DNA of 64,000 nucleotides from Vicinamibacteria bacterium (GTDB lineage Bacteria; Acidobacteriota; Vicinamibacteria; Fen-336): NCBI GenBank assembly GCA_035691285.1, contig DASSJI010000034.1, positions 12,358 to 76,357 of the forward strand, read 5' to 3'. Shown piece by piece: positions 1 to 9,081 of this stretch (position 1 is its first letter; each line of letters starts with the position of its first letter). The notes under the pieces were generated by a model. It saw only the letters and a program-made list of their open reading frames with translations, ran no database searches and was not told where the DNA came from. The position numbers and the translations under genes were made by a program.

Positions 1-342
1 TGCATCACCGTGGCGTCGGCGCCGCGCTCCGCTCCGGGTGCGGGCGCTTCCGCCGGGGCGCCCTCGATCTCGACCTTGTACGGCATGCCGCCGAAGCGCA
101 GCTCCTGTCCCGTCTTGAGCGGGGCGTCGGTGACGCGATGGCTGTCGAGGAACGTGCCGTTGGCGCTGCCCTGGTCGATCACGGACCAGACGCTGCCCTG
201 TCGCACCAGGCGGGCGTGACGCCGCGACACGGACCCCTCGGGGACGACCACGTCGTTCGCCGGGTCGCGCCCCACCGTCGCCTCGCCCTTGTCCACGACG
301 ATGGGCGATCCCACCGGAGGGTGGAGGAGGAGTTTGCCCATG
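1..342 (-). CDS. FHA (forkhead-associated) domain protein, 3' end outside window
   Basis: Minus-strand translation from ATG at 342..340 gives MGKLLLHPPVGSPIVVDKGEATVGRDPANDVVVPEGSVSRRHARLVRQGSVWSVIDQGSANGTFLDSHRV..., classic FHA motif pattern (G.R...D..L.....SR.HA.l......v.DlgS.NGt.vn); runs off window start; not in ORF track because no stop in window. Confidence 0.6.
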
Positions 343-427
343 GAAGTCGCGGGATTCTACAATGGCCGTTCCGATGTCCGGAACGCCGGGTGCCAGCGGC
401 ACCCGCCGATTCCTGAAGGGGTTCCAC

Positions 428-1171
428 ATGCACAAGCTCGCGCTCCTCGCGCTGTCCGCCTTCGTCGCGTCGCCCCTCTGGGCCGCCGAGGAGACGGTGA
501 AGTTCAAGAGCGGGACGGATGAGGGTTCGGGCCTGCTCCTGACACCCCCGGGCAAGGGCCCTTCGCCCGCGGTCATCGTGATCCAGGAGTGGTGGGGGCT
601 CAACGACTGGGTCAAGGACCAGGCCCGCGCCCTGGCCAAGGAAGGTTACGTGGCCCTGGCCGTGGACCTCTACCGCGGCAAGCTCGCGACGAAGCAGGAG
701 GACGCCCACCAGTTCATGATGGGCATGCCCGACGACCGCGCCATGAGCGACCTGAAGGGCGCCTTCGCCTACCTCGCGGGCCGCGCCGACGTGCGGAAGG
801 ATCGCATCGGCTCCGTGGGCTGGTGCATGGGCGGCAAGTACTCGCTGAGGCTCGCGGTGGCGGAGCCGAAGCTCGCGGCTGCGGTCGTCTACTACGGCGC
901 GCCGCCGACCAAGGCCTCGGACATCGCCGCGATCAAGGCGCCGGTCCTCGGCAACTTCGGCGGCGCCGACGAGGGGCCGCACCCCGACCAGGTGAAGGCC
1001 TTCGAGGCCGCCCTGAAGGCCGCGGGCAAGAGCGCCGACATCAAGATCTATGAAGGCGCGGGCCACGCCTTCGCCAACGTCAACAACCCCTGGGGCGGCT
1101 ACCGCGAGGCGGCGGCCAGGGACGCCTGGGCGCGCACCACGGCTTTCTTCGCGACGCACTTGAAGAAGTAG
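428..1171 (+). CDS. dienelactone hydrolase family protein, secreted (signal peptide)
   Basis: ATG at 428 (MHKLALLALSAFVASPLWAAEE signal peptide); DLH-fold motifs (GWCMGG nucleophile elbow, GAGHAF); codon usage typical. Confidence 0.8.
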   Translation: MHKLALLALSAFVASPLWAAEETVKFKSGTDEGSGLLLTPPGKGPSPAVIVIQEWWGLNDWVKDQARALAKEGYVALAVDLYRGKLATKQEDAHQFMMGMPDDRAMSDLKGAFAYLAGRADVRKDRIGSVGWCMGGKYSLRLAVAEPKLAAAVVYYGAPPTKASDIAAIKAPVLGNFGGADEGPHPDQVKAFEAALKAAGKSADIKIYEGAGHAFANVNNPWGGYREAAARDAWARTTAFFATHLKK

Positions 1172-1238
1172 GCGCGCTACTCGGGACGCGCGTAGGACAG
1201 GCGCAGGGCTGTCGTAAGCTTTGCCCACGGAGGCTCCC

Positions 1239-2513
1239 ATGCCCGTCACCCGGCGCGCGTTCGTCTCGGCCCTCGCGAGCGGCGCGGCGCTCGCCCGGAG
1301 CGGCCTCGCCGCAGCGTCGGCTGACTCGCGGATCGAGGACGAGGAGGGGTTCTGGACCGAGCTGCGGCGCGAGTTCCTGATCCCCGCGGACGAGGTCTTC
1401 TGCAACAGCGCGACGCTCGGGGCGATGCCGCGGCGCGTCCTGTACGCCGTCACGCGCAGCATGACCGAGCTGCAGCAGACCCTCGCGCGCTGGGACTACA
1501 AGCCCGACACGCCCGAGTGGTTCTCCGGCTACCGCCCCTTCGAGGACGTGCGCACGCCCCTCGCGCGCCTCGTCGGCTGCGAGGTCGACGAGCTGGCTCT
1601 CACCCAGAACGCCACCGTGGGGATGAACCTGGTCGCGAACGGCCTGGACCTCGAGCCGGGCGACGAGATCCTGCAGACGGACCAGGAGCACCCCGGCGGT
1701 CGCTGCGGCTTCGAGCAGCGCGCCAAGCGCCACGGCGCCGTTTGGAAGGCCGTGACGCTGCCGACGCCGCCGAACGATCCGGCCGAGATCGTGGCGCGCT
1801 TCCGCGAGGCGATCACGCCCAGGACGCGCGTCCTCGCGATCCCGCACCAGACCTCGATGCTGGGCCTGGTGCTGCCCGTCGAGGAGCTCGTCGCCCTCGG
1901 GCGCGCGCAGGGCCATCCGCGCATCTTCATCGTGCTCGACGGCGCCCAGGCCGTGGGGCAGATCGACGTGGACGTGCGCCGCCTCGGCTGCGACGCCTAC
2001 TTCATGTCCCCCCACAAATGGCTGCTGGCGCCGCCGGGTTCGGGCGCGCTCTACGTGCGCCGGGACCGGCAGAATGAGCTGTGGACGACGCTGTGCTCGA
2101 CGGAATGGGCGAGCCTCGACAAGGGCGCCTATCGCTTCATGCAGATCGGCACGGGCAACCGTTCGCTGCTCGAGGGGCTGAAGGCCGCGGCCGAGTTCCG
2201 GCTCGAGCTGGGCCAGGAGCGCGTGTCGCGGCGCATCCACGCCCTGGGCGAGCGCCTGCGGGCGGGCCTGCGCGCGATCGACGGCGTCCGGATCCTCTCG
2301 TCGATCCACCCGCGCATGGCGGCAGGCATCACCACGTACACGATCGGGAACCTGAGCGGCCCCGCGACCATGGACGGCTTCTGGAAGCGCCGCTACCGCG
2401 TGCGCTCGATGGGCGAGAAGGAGGGTGTGCGCCACTCGCTCCACGTCTACAACTCGGTCCGCGAAGTGGACGCGGCCCTCGAGATCGTCCGCGACCTGGC
2501 ACGCAGGGGCTGA
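1239..2513 (+). CDS. class V aminotransferase-fold PLP-dependent enzyme with twin-arginine (Tat) signal
   Basis: GGAGG at 1229-1233 then ATG 1239 (track start 1221 is a TTG); N-term MPVTRRAFVSALASGAALA is a Tat signal; PLP enzyme motifs (SPHKWLLAP lysine site, class V aminotransferase/isopenicillin-N-epimerase-like). Confidence 0.75.
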   Translation: MPVTRRAFVSALASGAALARSGLAAASADSRIEDEEGFWTELRREFLIPADEVFCNSATLGAMPRRVLYAVTRSMTELQQTLARWDYKPDTPEWFSGYRPFEDVRTPLARLVGCEVDELALTQNATVGMNLVANGLDLEPGDEILQTDQEHPGGRCGFEQRAKRHGAVWKAVTLPTPPNDPAEIVARFREAITPRTRVLAIPHQTSMLGLVLPVEELVALGRAQGHPRIFIVLDGAQAVGQIDVDVRRLGCDAYFMSPHKWLLAPPGSGALYVRRDRQNELWTTLCSTEWASLDKGAYRFMQIGTGNRSLLEGLKAAAEFRLELGQERVSRRIHALGERLRAGLRAIDGVRILSSIHPRMAAGITTYTIGNLSGPATMDGFWKRRYRVRSMGEKEGVRHSLHVYNSVREVDAALEIVRDLARRG

Positions 2514-3301
2514 CGTCGAGGCGTCGTCAGCGCCAGCGCGATCCCGCCGAGGATCAGGGCGCCGCCCAGGACGATCCGCGCCTCGAGCGCTTCGCCGAGC
2601 AGGACCACGCCGCCCAGGGCCGCCAGGGGAGGAACCGCGAGCTGGAGGATGGCGGCCCGTGACGCCGAGAGGCCGCGGAGCGCGGCATACCACGCGACGT
2701 AGCCCAGGCCCGAGGCCAGGGCGCCCGACGTCGCCGCGAGCAGGGCGCCCGTGGCCGACAGCCCCAGGGGCGCGAGGGGCAGAACGAGCGCGCCGAGCGC
2801 GAGCGGGACGCTGCGTGCGAAGTTGTCGGCCGTGGCGGCCAGCGGCTCCGCGCTCCCCTTGCCACGCAGCGTGTACGACCCCCAGGCGACGCCGGCCAGC
2901 GCCATCAGGGCGGCGCCGCGCGGGTCGGGCGCGGCGAGGCCGGGGCGCGTGAGCGTCGCGAGGCCCGCGAGCGCCACGGCGAGCCCGAGCCATTCGCGGC
3001 GGTGAGGCCGGTCGCCGCGCAGGAGCTCCCGCCCGATCATCGTCGCCTGCACCGAGCCGAACAGGATCAGCGCGCCGCTGCCGGCCGGAATCAGCCGGTA
3101 CGCGAACGAGAACGCGATCGCGTAGGCGAACAGCGCGGCCGCGGACGCCCAGCTTCCGCCCCGAACGCCCGTGGCGCGCGACGCCAGGGCCGCCAGCATG
3201 GCTGCGCCCGACACCAGGCGGATCGCCGTGAAGGCCGCGGCGTCGATCGTGGCGGGCCCCAGGGCCGCGCGGCAGAGGAGCGAGTTGGCCGCGAAGGCCA
3301 C
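2447..3301 (-). CDS. EamA/DMT family transporter (start uncertain)
   Basis: C-terminal ~285 aa of minus ORF 2447..4189 is a 10-TM DMT/EamA-like hydrophobic protein; upstream 275 aa of that ORF is Arg/Gly-rich GC artefact overlapping the next gene; no in-frame ATG near N-term, candidate GTG at 3301; 66-nt convergent overlap with aminotransferase gene. Confidence 0.55.
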   Translation of the reverse strand: MAFAANSLLCRAALGPATIDAAAFTAIRLVSGAAMLAALASRATGVRGGSWASAAALFAYAIAFSFAYRLIPAGSGALILFGSVQATMIGRELLRGDRPHRREWLGLAVALAGLATLTRPGLAAPDPRGAALMALAGVAWGSYTLRGKGSAEPLAATADNFARSVPLALGALVLPLAPLGLSATGALLAATSGALASGLGYVAWYAALRGLSASRAAILQLAVPPLAALGGVVLLGEALEARIVLGGALILGGIALALTTPRRQPLRARSRTISRAASTSRTEL

Positions 3302-3360
3302 GAGGGCGGCGACCGTCAGGGCGGCCGTCCGGCTCGCCGTCGGCCCCTCGAAGTGGGGGT

Positions 3361-4326
3361 TCAGTCGAACTCGACCCTGGGAGCCGCCTGATCGGCCCCG
3401 ACGCGGCCCGTCTCGATCGTCGCCTTGAAACAGTTCTCGCCGCGTACGGCGGCGGCGTGCTCGCGTGGGAAGCACAGGCGCCTGAAATTGCAGCGGCGGC
3501 AGACCTGCGGCCTGTCGATCATGGGGAAGTCCTCGAGGCGCGCGGTGTTGGCGAGGGGGTCGAGGAGCAGCGCCTTCATGCGCGCGGCGCTCCTCTCGAT
3601 GAACGCCCGCGCCCGTTGGAGCGTCTTGCCGTCCACGCTGCGCCTCACGTAGCGCGAGATCTGGAGATACGCCAGCTCCGTGACCAGCTCCTCGGGCGCG
3701 CCCACCCAGCCCTGCTGCGCCGCGAACAGCGCGTAGCCCGCGAGCTGCACCTCGTTGAAGCGCCCCTCGGCCCGACCCGTCTTCCAGTCCACGATCACGA
3801 GGCGGCCGTCCCCGTCGCGGAAGGCCAGGTCCATGCGCAGCATCACCGGCGTTCCACCGACCTCGAAGCTGACCAGGTCCTCGACGCTCACGAGGCTCCC
3901 GCGTCCCGCGCGCAGGACAGCCGCGAGCGTCGGGCTCTTGAAGAAGTTGCGGAGCGAGCGCATCACCGTGCCCACGGCCAGCTTCTTGTCCTCGGGCTCC
4001 ACGGGCTGGGCGTACTCGTGCTCGAAGAGCCGGAAGGGCCGCGAGCCCTGCTCGCTGTCCCGCCAGTCGCCGAGCATGCGCTCGTGGACGGCGGCCCTCA
4101 CGATCGCCTCCTGCTCCGCCGGGGAGGGCAGCTCGTCGCGCTCCTTCAGGAACGCCTCGATCGTCTCGTGGACCACGCTGCCGGCCCACAGGGGCAGGGC
4201 CGACAGCCGCTTGAGTCGCCGGACTTCCTCGTCCTCGGGCGCGACGTAGTAGGCGTAGTAGTAGCGCCGCGCGCAGGTCTGGAACGACTCGTGTCGCGAC
4301 ACCGACCAGGAGAACTCCGGCGCCAT
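3361..4326 (-). CDS. PD-(D/E)XK nuclease superfamily protein, Cas4/RecB-like with Fe-S cysteine cluster
   Basis: ATG at 4326 (MAPEFSWSVSRHESFQTCARRYYYAYY...); motifs IVDWKTGR (D-x-K), C-terminal CRRCNFRRLC plus N-terminal Cys = 4-Cys Fe-S arrangement typical of Cas4/AddB-type nucleases; 321 aa. Confidence 0.7.
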   Translation of the reverse strand: MAPEFSWSVSRHESFQTCARRYYYAYYVAPEDEEVRRLKRLSALPLWAGSVVHETIEAFLKERDELPSPAEQEAIVRAAVHERMLGDWRDSEQGSRPFRLFEHEYAQPVEPEDKKLAVGTVMRSLRNFFKSPTLAAVLRAGRGSLVSVEDLVSFEVGGTPVMLRMDLAFRDGDGRLVIVDWKTGRAEGRFNEVQLAGYALFAAQQGWVGAPEELVTELAYLQISRYVRRSVDGKTLQRARAFIERSAARMKALLLDPLANTARLEDFPMIDRPQVCRRCNFRRLCFPREHAAAVRGENCFKATIETGRVGADQAAPRVEFD

Positions 4327-4380
4327 CCGCCGGACCCTATCACGGCGGGAGGCCGCTCCCGGTCCTTTGCCCGGAGCGCC

Positions 4381-5175
4381 GTGCCGCGCTACTCTCCCCG
4401 CGCGGTGCCCGAAGCCTTGAAACCCGAGGGGAGCCTCGTCGAGCGCGACTTCCCCGAGCTCGTCCACGTCCTGTACGAGAAGAGCTTCACGGGCTCGCTG
4501 GTCCTCACGCGGGGCGGCGTCGGCAAGAGCATCACGATCGAGGGCGGACGCCTCGTGTTCGCCTCCTCCACCGATCCCGACGAGCGCCTCGGGGAGCTGC
4601 TCCTGCGGCGCGGGCGCATCTCGCTCGGGGACTACGCGGAGGCGGGCCGCGCCCTGGCTCCCGGCAAGCGCCTCGGAGCGATCCTCGTCGAGCGCGGCGT
4701 GCTCGGGCCCAAGGACCTCGTGAAGGCCGTCGTGGACCAGACCCAGGAGATCATCTACGGCGCGTTCCAGTGGGCGGACGGACGCTACCGCGTGCAGGAG
4801 GGCCAGCGCCCGGCCGAGGCCATCACCCTCAACATGTCGACCCCGGACATCATCGTCGAGGGCATCCGTCGCATCGACGCCTGGTCGCGGATCGCCCACG
4901 CCGTGGGCGACTTCGACTCCCCGTACGAGCGCAGCGACGGCTACGAGGCGGTGGTCTCGAAGATGGCGCTGACCGACGGCCAGGTCGAGATCCTGGCGGG
5001 CCTCAAGGCCCGGCGCAGCCTGGGCGCCATCTGCGGCGCCTCGATCCTCCCTTCGATCGAGGTCTGCCGGGCGCTCTGGGCCTACCGCGTGATCGGCCTC
5101 GTCCGGCGGCTGGACGCGCCCGTGCCGACGCGCCCCGCCCTCCAGGACGACGGCCTGGGCGAGGTGCTCGGATAG
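4381..5175 (+). CDS. DUF4388 domain-containing protein
   Basis: In-frame GTG at 4381 after antisense portion of ORF 3457..5175; sequence GSLVERDFPELVHVLYEKSFTGSLVLTRGGVGKSITIEGGRLVFASS and LGELLLRRGRISLGDYAEA match DUF4388 (PF14332) signature common in Myxococcota; divergent from Cas4-like gene. Confidence 0.6.
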   Translation: MPRYSPRAVPEALKPEGSLVERDFPELVHVLYEKSFTGSLVLTRGGVGKSITIEGGRLVFASSTDPDERLGELLLRRGRISLGDYAEAGRALAPGKRLGAILVERGVLGPKDLVKAVVDQTQEIIYGAFQWADGRYRVQEGQRPAEAITLNMSTPDIIVEGIRRIDAWSRIAHAVGDFDSPYERSDGYEAVVSKMALTDGQVEILAGLKARRSLGAICGASILPSIEVCRALWAYRVIGLVRRLDAPVPTRPALQDDGLGEVLG

Positions 5176-5199
5176 GCGACGGCGGGGGCGGCGCGCCCA

Positions 5200-5838
5200 C
5201 TACACAGCCAGGGCCGCGAGGTGCACGACGCAGCGGGGGTGCGCGTGGGCGAGCCGGCGCGCCCACGTGGAGGGCCAGGCAGCGAGCTCCTCGCGGCCCA
5301 GAACTCGGACCTCGCACAGGCCGAGGCCGGCCGCTTCGCAGGCCGGCGCGGCGCGGAGGCGCAGCTCCGGGATGCTGAGCGCGGGCAGGCCGAGGCGCTG
5401 GAGCTCGGCGCGATCGCGGCGCGGATCCAGGGCCAGGACGACGTCGAGCGTGGCGCCGGCACGGCACAACCTTCGAATGGCGCCGAGCGCAGCGGGCTCG
5501 GGGCGCGTCACCGCAGCCAGCAGGCCAGCCCAGGGCAGGACGATGGTCAGGCCGTTCGCGACGCCATCGAGCTCGCGGGGCAGATCCGCGAGAGCCGCAC
5601 GGCCGTAGAGCACGTTCCCGAGGCGCGCGCGCAGCGCCCGCCCGGAGAACGCCCGCATCCCGTCGGCGTTGGCGTCGAGGCCCACGAACAGCCGCTGCGG
5701 CGCCGCGAGCGCGCGGCTGAACGGAAGACGGCCGTCACCCGTGCCGAGGTCGATCGAGACGCGGCCTCGGAAGCGCTCGAGGAGTTCGAGGAGTTATTGA
5801 TCAGAGCGCTCGAGGCGCTTGCCACGAACCAGGTCCAT
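5200..5838 (-). pseudogene. KamB/NpmA-family 16S rRNA (adenine1408-N1)-methyltransferase homolog interrupted by in-frame TAA at codon 15
   Basis: Minus-strand ATG at 5838 gives MDLVRGKRLERSDQ-TAA(5796..5794)-LLELLERFRGRVSIDLGTGDGRLPFSRALAAPQRLFVGLDANADGMRAF...LTIVLPWAGLL...LQRLGLPALS...STWARRLAHA; aligns by recall to NpmA (M-28, HIDLGTGDGR, FYIGIDP, ISILFPWGTLL, KKRGLPLLS, SLWAKRLAFG). No alternative start between the TAA and the SAM motif; 36 nt downstream of addA stop. Confidence 0.5.
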
Positions 5839-5874
5839 GCCACCAACATGGTACCTCCAAGGTGGCAGGGAGAG

Positions 5875-8800
5875 TCACACCTTCACCTCGCGGCCCAGGC
5901 TCGTGAACGCCACCAGCCGCTCCCTCACCTCGAGGCCCGTGGCCTGGCGGAGGCCGCGGGCATAGAGGCGGAGCTGGGGAGCGTGATGCGCCGCCTGGTC
6001 GACGGCCTGCTCCGCGGCGATGGCGTCGGTCTTGTAGTCGACCACCACGAGGGCGCCCTCTTCCTCGAAGACGAGGTCGACGACGCCCTCGACGAGCAGC
6101 CCGCCGTCGGGGAACACGAGGGGCAGCTCGCGCCACACGCGCGGAGAGCGGCGCGCCCGCGCGAGGACCGGGAGCGACAGCGTGCGCTCCACGGCCGAGG
6201 CGGCGCGAAGCCCGGCCTCGGTGTCCAGCGAGAAGCGCGGCGCGAGGGCCAGCGCCATGCCTCGCGCGGCCTCCGGAGCGTCCAGGGGGATCCACTCGAG
6301 GATCTGGTGGACCAGGCTCCCGAAGTGCCGGCCGGCCCCGCTCGGAGGCACGACCGGCGGCGGCGCCTCACGGGCCGCCGCCCGCGTCGCCCCGGTGGGA
6401 ACGAAGCGGCGCCGGGCGGCGCTCTCGATGAGGGACCGACGCTCGGCGTCCCAACGGGCCGCCACGGCGTCGACTCCCGTGGCCGAGGCCAGGGCCCGGA
6501 GCCCTGCGGCCTCCTCCTGGGGTTCGGGCTCCGCGAGCGTCGCGACGTCGATCACTTCGCAGTCCTCGTCGCTCTGCCGCGGGAGCCTCGCGAGCACGTC
6601 CTTCCACAGCTCGCCGACCCGGGCATCGCCGGGCGGCTGGGGCAGCGCGAGCCAGTCCCGGGCCCGCGTGCACGCGACGTACAGCAGGCGGCGCATCTCG
6701 GCGAAGCCCTTCGCCTCCTCGAGACGCTTCAGCTCGTCCCAGCGCGGCGGCTGGCAGCCCTGGCGAAAGCCGATGGCGATCTTCCGGTCGCCCCAGAGCG
6801 GCACGGTATCGGGGCGGCTCTTCGCGTCGTCGGCGGTGTCGAAGACGGCGACCACGGGGGCCTCGAGGCCCTTGGCCTTGTGGATCGAGAGGATGCGCAG
6901 CGTGTCGGGGGCGCCGGGACGCGTGGCCGGAAGGTCCGGCTCCTCGCGGGCCGATGCGATGCGCTCCTCGAGCAACGAGGCGAAGCCCCGCACCGTCAGC
7001 ACGCCCAGCTCGCCGGCCTGCCGGGCCAGGGTCGCGACCTTCTCGAGGTTCTTGGCGCGCCGCTCTCCGCTCCGCGTGCCCTGGAGCGCGGCCAGCACCC
7101 GCGTCGTGTCGTACAGCCGCTCCAGCAGGCCCGCGACCGAGACGCGGGTGCGCTCCCCGTGGAGCGTCGCCAGCGTCTCGAGGGCCGGCGCGAGCGCAGC
7201 GCCTCCGGGCAGCGCCGCGTCGGCGCCGCTCGCCTCGAGCGCGCCCCCCGCGAGGTGATAGATGACGATGTCGCGGTCGCTCACGCCGAAGAAGGACGAG
7301 CGCAGCGCCGCGACCACCGAGACCCGGTCGGTGGGGTCCTCGATGGCGCGCAGCACCGCGAGCGCCTCGTGGACTTCCTGGCGATCGAAGAAGGACTTGC
7401 CTCCCTCCACGGCGAAGCGCAGCCCCGCGCGCTCCAGGGCGGATTCGAGCAGGCGGACCTGCGTCAGGCGGCGCGCCAGCACCATCACGTCGCCGGCGCG
7501 GCTCGGCCGAAGAGCGCCGCTCTCGGGGTCGCGGACCTCGCGCGCTCCGCGGGCGATGCCGGCCAGGAACCGCGCGAGCGCCGCGGCCTCCGCCAGCAGG
7601 AGCTCCTCGCCCTCCGCATAGGGCGCGTCGAAGGCGAGGGCCAGCACTGCGGGGCCCTCCCGGAGGCCGGGCGGCGGCGCGATGGGCTCGTAGGCCGGCT
7701 GTCCGAGCTCGACGGACTCCTGCATCAGCTCGCCGAAGGCCCGGTTCACGAAGCGCAGGATCGCCGGCCGCGAGCGGAAGTTCTGGGAGAGCGTCAAGAC
7801 CGCGAAGCCGGGGCTCGCGCGGGCGCGGCGCGCGACCTCGCCGAAGAGGGCGGCCTCGGCGCGTCGGAAGCGGTAGATCGACTGCTTGGCGTCACCGACC
7901 ACCACCAGGTCGCCGGGCCGGTCGCCGGCGAGGAGGAACGCGATCTCCACCTGGATCGGATCCGTGTCCTGGAACTCGTCGATGATCAGGTGCTTGAAGC
8001 GCTCCCGGAAGTGGCGGCGCACCGACTCGCGCTCGACGAGCGCCGCCCGGGCCGCCGCGAGCAGGTCGAGGAAGTCGAGAACCCCGCGCTCCGCCTTCTT
8101 CCGCGCGTAGAGCGCGAGCACCTCCTGGAGCGCGCCGACCAGCCGCCCGTGGAGACCCTCGGCGGCCTGGACCTTGAACGCCTCGAGGGCGGCCTTGACC
8201 GCGCGTGCGACGCCGCGGCCCTCCTCGAGGGCTTCCTCGCTGGGCCACCGGCCCCGGTGGCCAAAGATGCGACCGAGCTGCAGGTCCTCGACGGCGAGGA
8301 GACGCTCGCGGAGCGGGTCGCCCTCCAACGGCTGGGCGTCGACGGCGATACGGCCGAGGGCGAGCAAGCGCTCGCGCAGGGCATCTCCCGCTCGAGCCTG
8401 CTGGGCCAGCTCGAGCCCGCGCAGGGCGAGCGGCGCGATGGCGTCGAGGCAGCTCCGGGGATCGGCCGCCGTCTCGGCGACGAGAGGGGCCAGGTCGCGC
8501 TGTTCCAGGACGCGGCGGGCGAGGCCGCGGAGCGAAGTGCGCTCGCCCCACGTCGTCAGGCCCTCGAGGGGAATCTCGGCCTCCATGGCCTCCAGCAGCA
8601 GGCCCCCGCCCGCCCCGGTCAGGCGCCCTTGCAGCCACTCCTCCCAGGCCTGCGCGAACAGCACGTCGGCCTCGCCCTCGTCGGCGACGCGGAAGCCGGG
8701 CACGACGCCGCACTCGATGGGGCGCTCCTGGAGCATCGCGGCGCACAGCGCGTGGATCGTCGCGATCGGCGCGCGCTCGAGCACGTCGAGGGCGGCGGCG

Positions 8801-9081
8801 GCCCGCGCCCGCTCCTCGGGAGGGACGCCCGCCTCGGCCCGCGCCCGCTCCAGCCTCTCGCGCAGGCGCAGCTTCATGGTGGTCGCGGCGTTCTCCGTGA
8901 ACGTCACCGCGGCGATCTCCGTGAGCAGCGCGCGGCCCGAGCGCACCAGCCCCTCGATGCGGTCCACGAGCAGCGTGGTCTTGCCGGTGCCGGCGCCGGC
9001 CTCGAGGAACAGGCTCGTGTCGAAGTCGCGGCGCGCCCGCTCGCGGACGTCGCGATCGACGGTCTCGAAGGGCTCGCTCAT
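5875..9081 (-). CDS. addA: AddA-type ATP-dependent helicase/nuclease (UvrD-like helicase with C-terminal PD-(D/E)XK nuclease)
   Basis: ATG at 9081 (MSEPFETVDRDVRERARRDFDTSLFLEAGAGTGKT Walker A), IIDEFQDTD, VGDAKQSIYRFRRA, C-terminal VVDYKTD nuclease motif; 1068 aa; start overlaps addB stop (ATGA at 9078-9081). The 228-aa N-terminal extension in track ORF 5875..9765 is read-through artefact. Confidence 0.85.
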   Translation of the reverse strand: MSEPFETVDRDVRERARRDFDTSLFLEAGAGTGKTTLLVDRIEGLVRSGRALLTEIAAVTFTENAATTMKLRLRERLERARAEAGVPPEERARAAAALDVLERAPIATIHALCAAMLQERPIECGVVPGFRVADEGEADVLFAQAWEEWLQGRLTGAGGGLLLEAMEAEIPLEGLTTWGERTSLRGLARRVLEQRDLAPLVAETAADPRSCLDAIAPLALRGLELAQQARAGDALRERLLALGRIAVDAQPLEGDPLRERLLAVEDLQLGRIFGHRGRWPSEEALEEGRGVARAVKAALEAFKVQAAEGLHGRLVGALQEVLALYARKKAERGVLDFLDLLAAARAALVERESVRRHFRERFKHLIIDEFQDTDPIQVEIAFLLAGDRPGDLVVVGDAKQSIYRFRRAEAALFGEVARRARASPGFAVLTLSQNFRSRPAILRFVNRAFGELMQESVELGQPAYEPIAPPPGLREGPAVLALAFDAPYAEGEELLLAEAAALARFLAGIARGAREVRDPESGALRPSRAGDVMVLARRLTQVRLLESALERAGLRFAVEGGKSFFDRQEVHEALAVLRAIEDPTDRVSVVAALRSSFFGVSDRDIVIYHLAGGALEASGADAALPGGAALAPALETLATLHGERTRVSVAGLLERLYDTTRVLAALQGTRSGERRAKNLEKVATLARQAGELGVLTVRGFASLLEERIASAREEPDLPATRPGAPDTLRILSIHKAKGLEAPVVAVFDTADDAKSRPDTVPLWGDRKIAIGFRQGCQPPRWDELKRLEEAKGFAEMRRLLYVACTRARDWLALPQPPGDARVGELWKDVLARLPRQSDEDCEVIDVATLAEPEPQEEAAGLRALASATGVDAVAARWDAERRSLIESAARRRFVPTGATRAAAREAPPPVVPPSGAGRHFGSLVHQILEWIPLDAPEAARGMALALAPRFSLDTEAGLRAASAVERTLSLPVLARARRSPRVWRELPLVFPDGGLLVEGVVDLVFEEEGALVVVDYKTDAIAAEQAVDQAAHHAPQLRLYARGLRQATGLEVRERLVAFTSLGREVKV

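Noticed and set aside
1221-1238. Track start at 1221 for the aminotransferase
   Set aside because: Codon at 1221 is TTG with no SD; GGAGG precedes ATG 1239, which is preferred.
3302-4189. Upstream 295 aa of minus ORF 2447..4189
   Set aside because: Low-complexity artefact overlapping the Cas4-like nuclease gene in another frame; only the C-terminal EamA part is protein-like.
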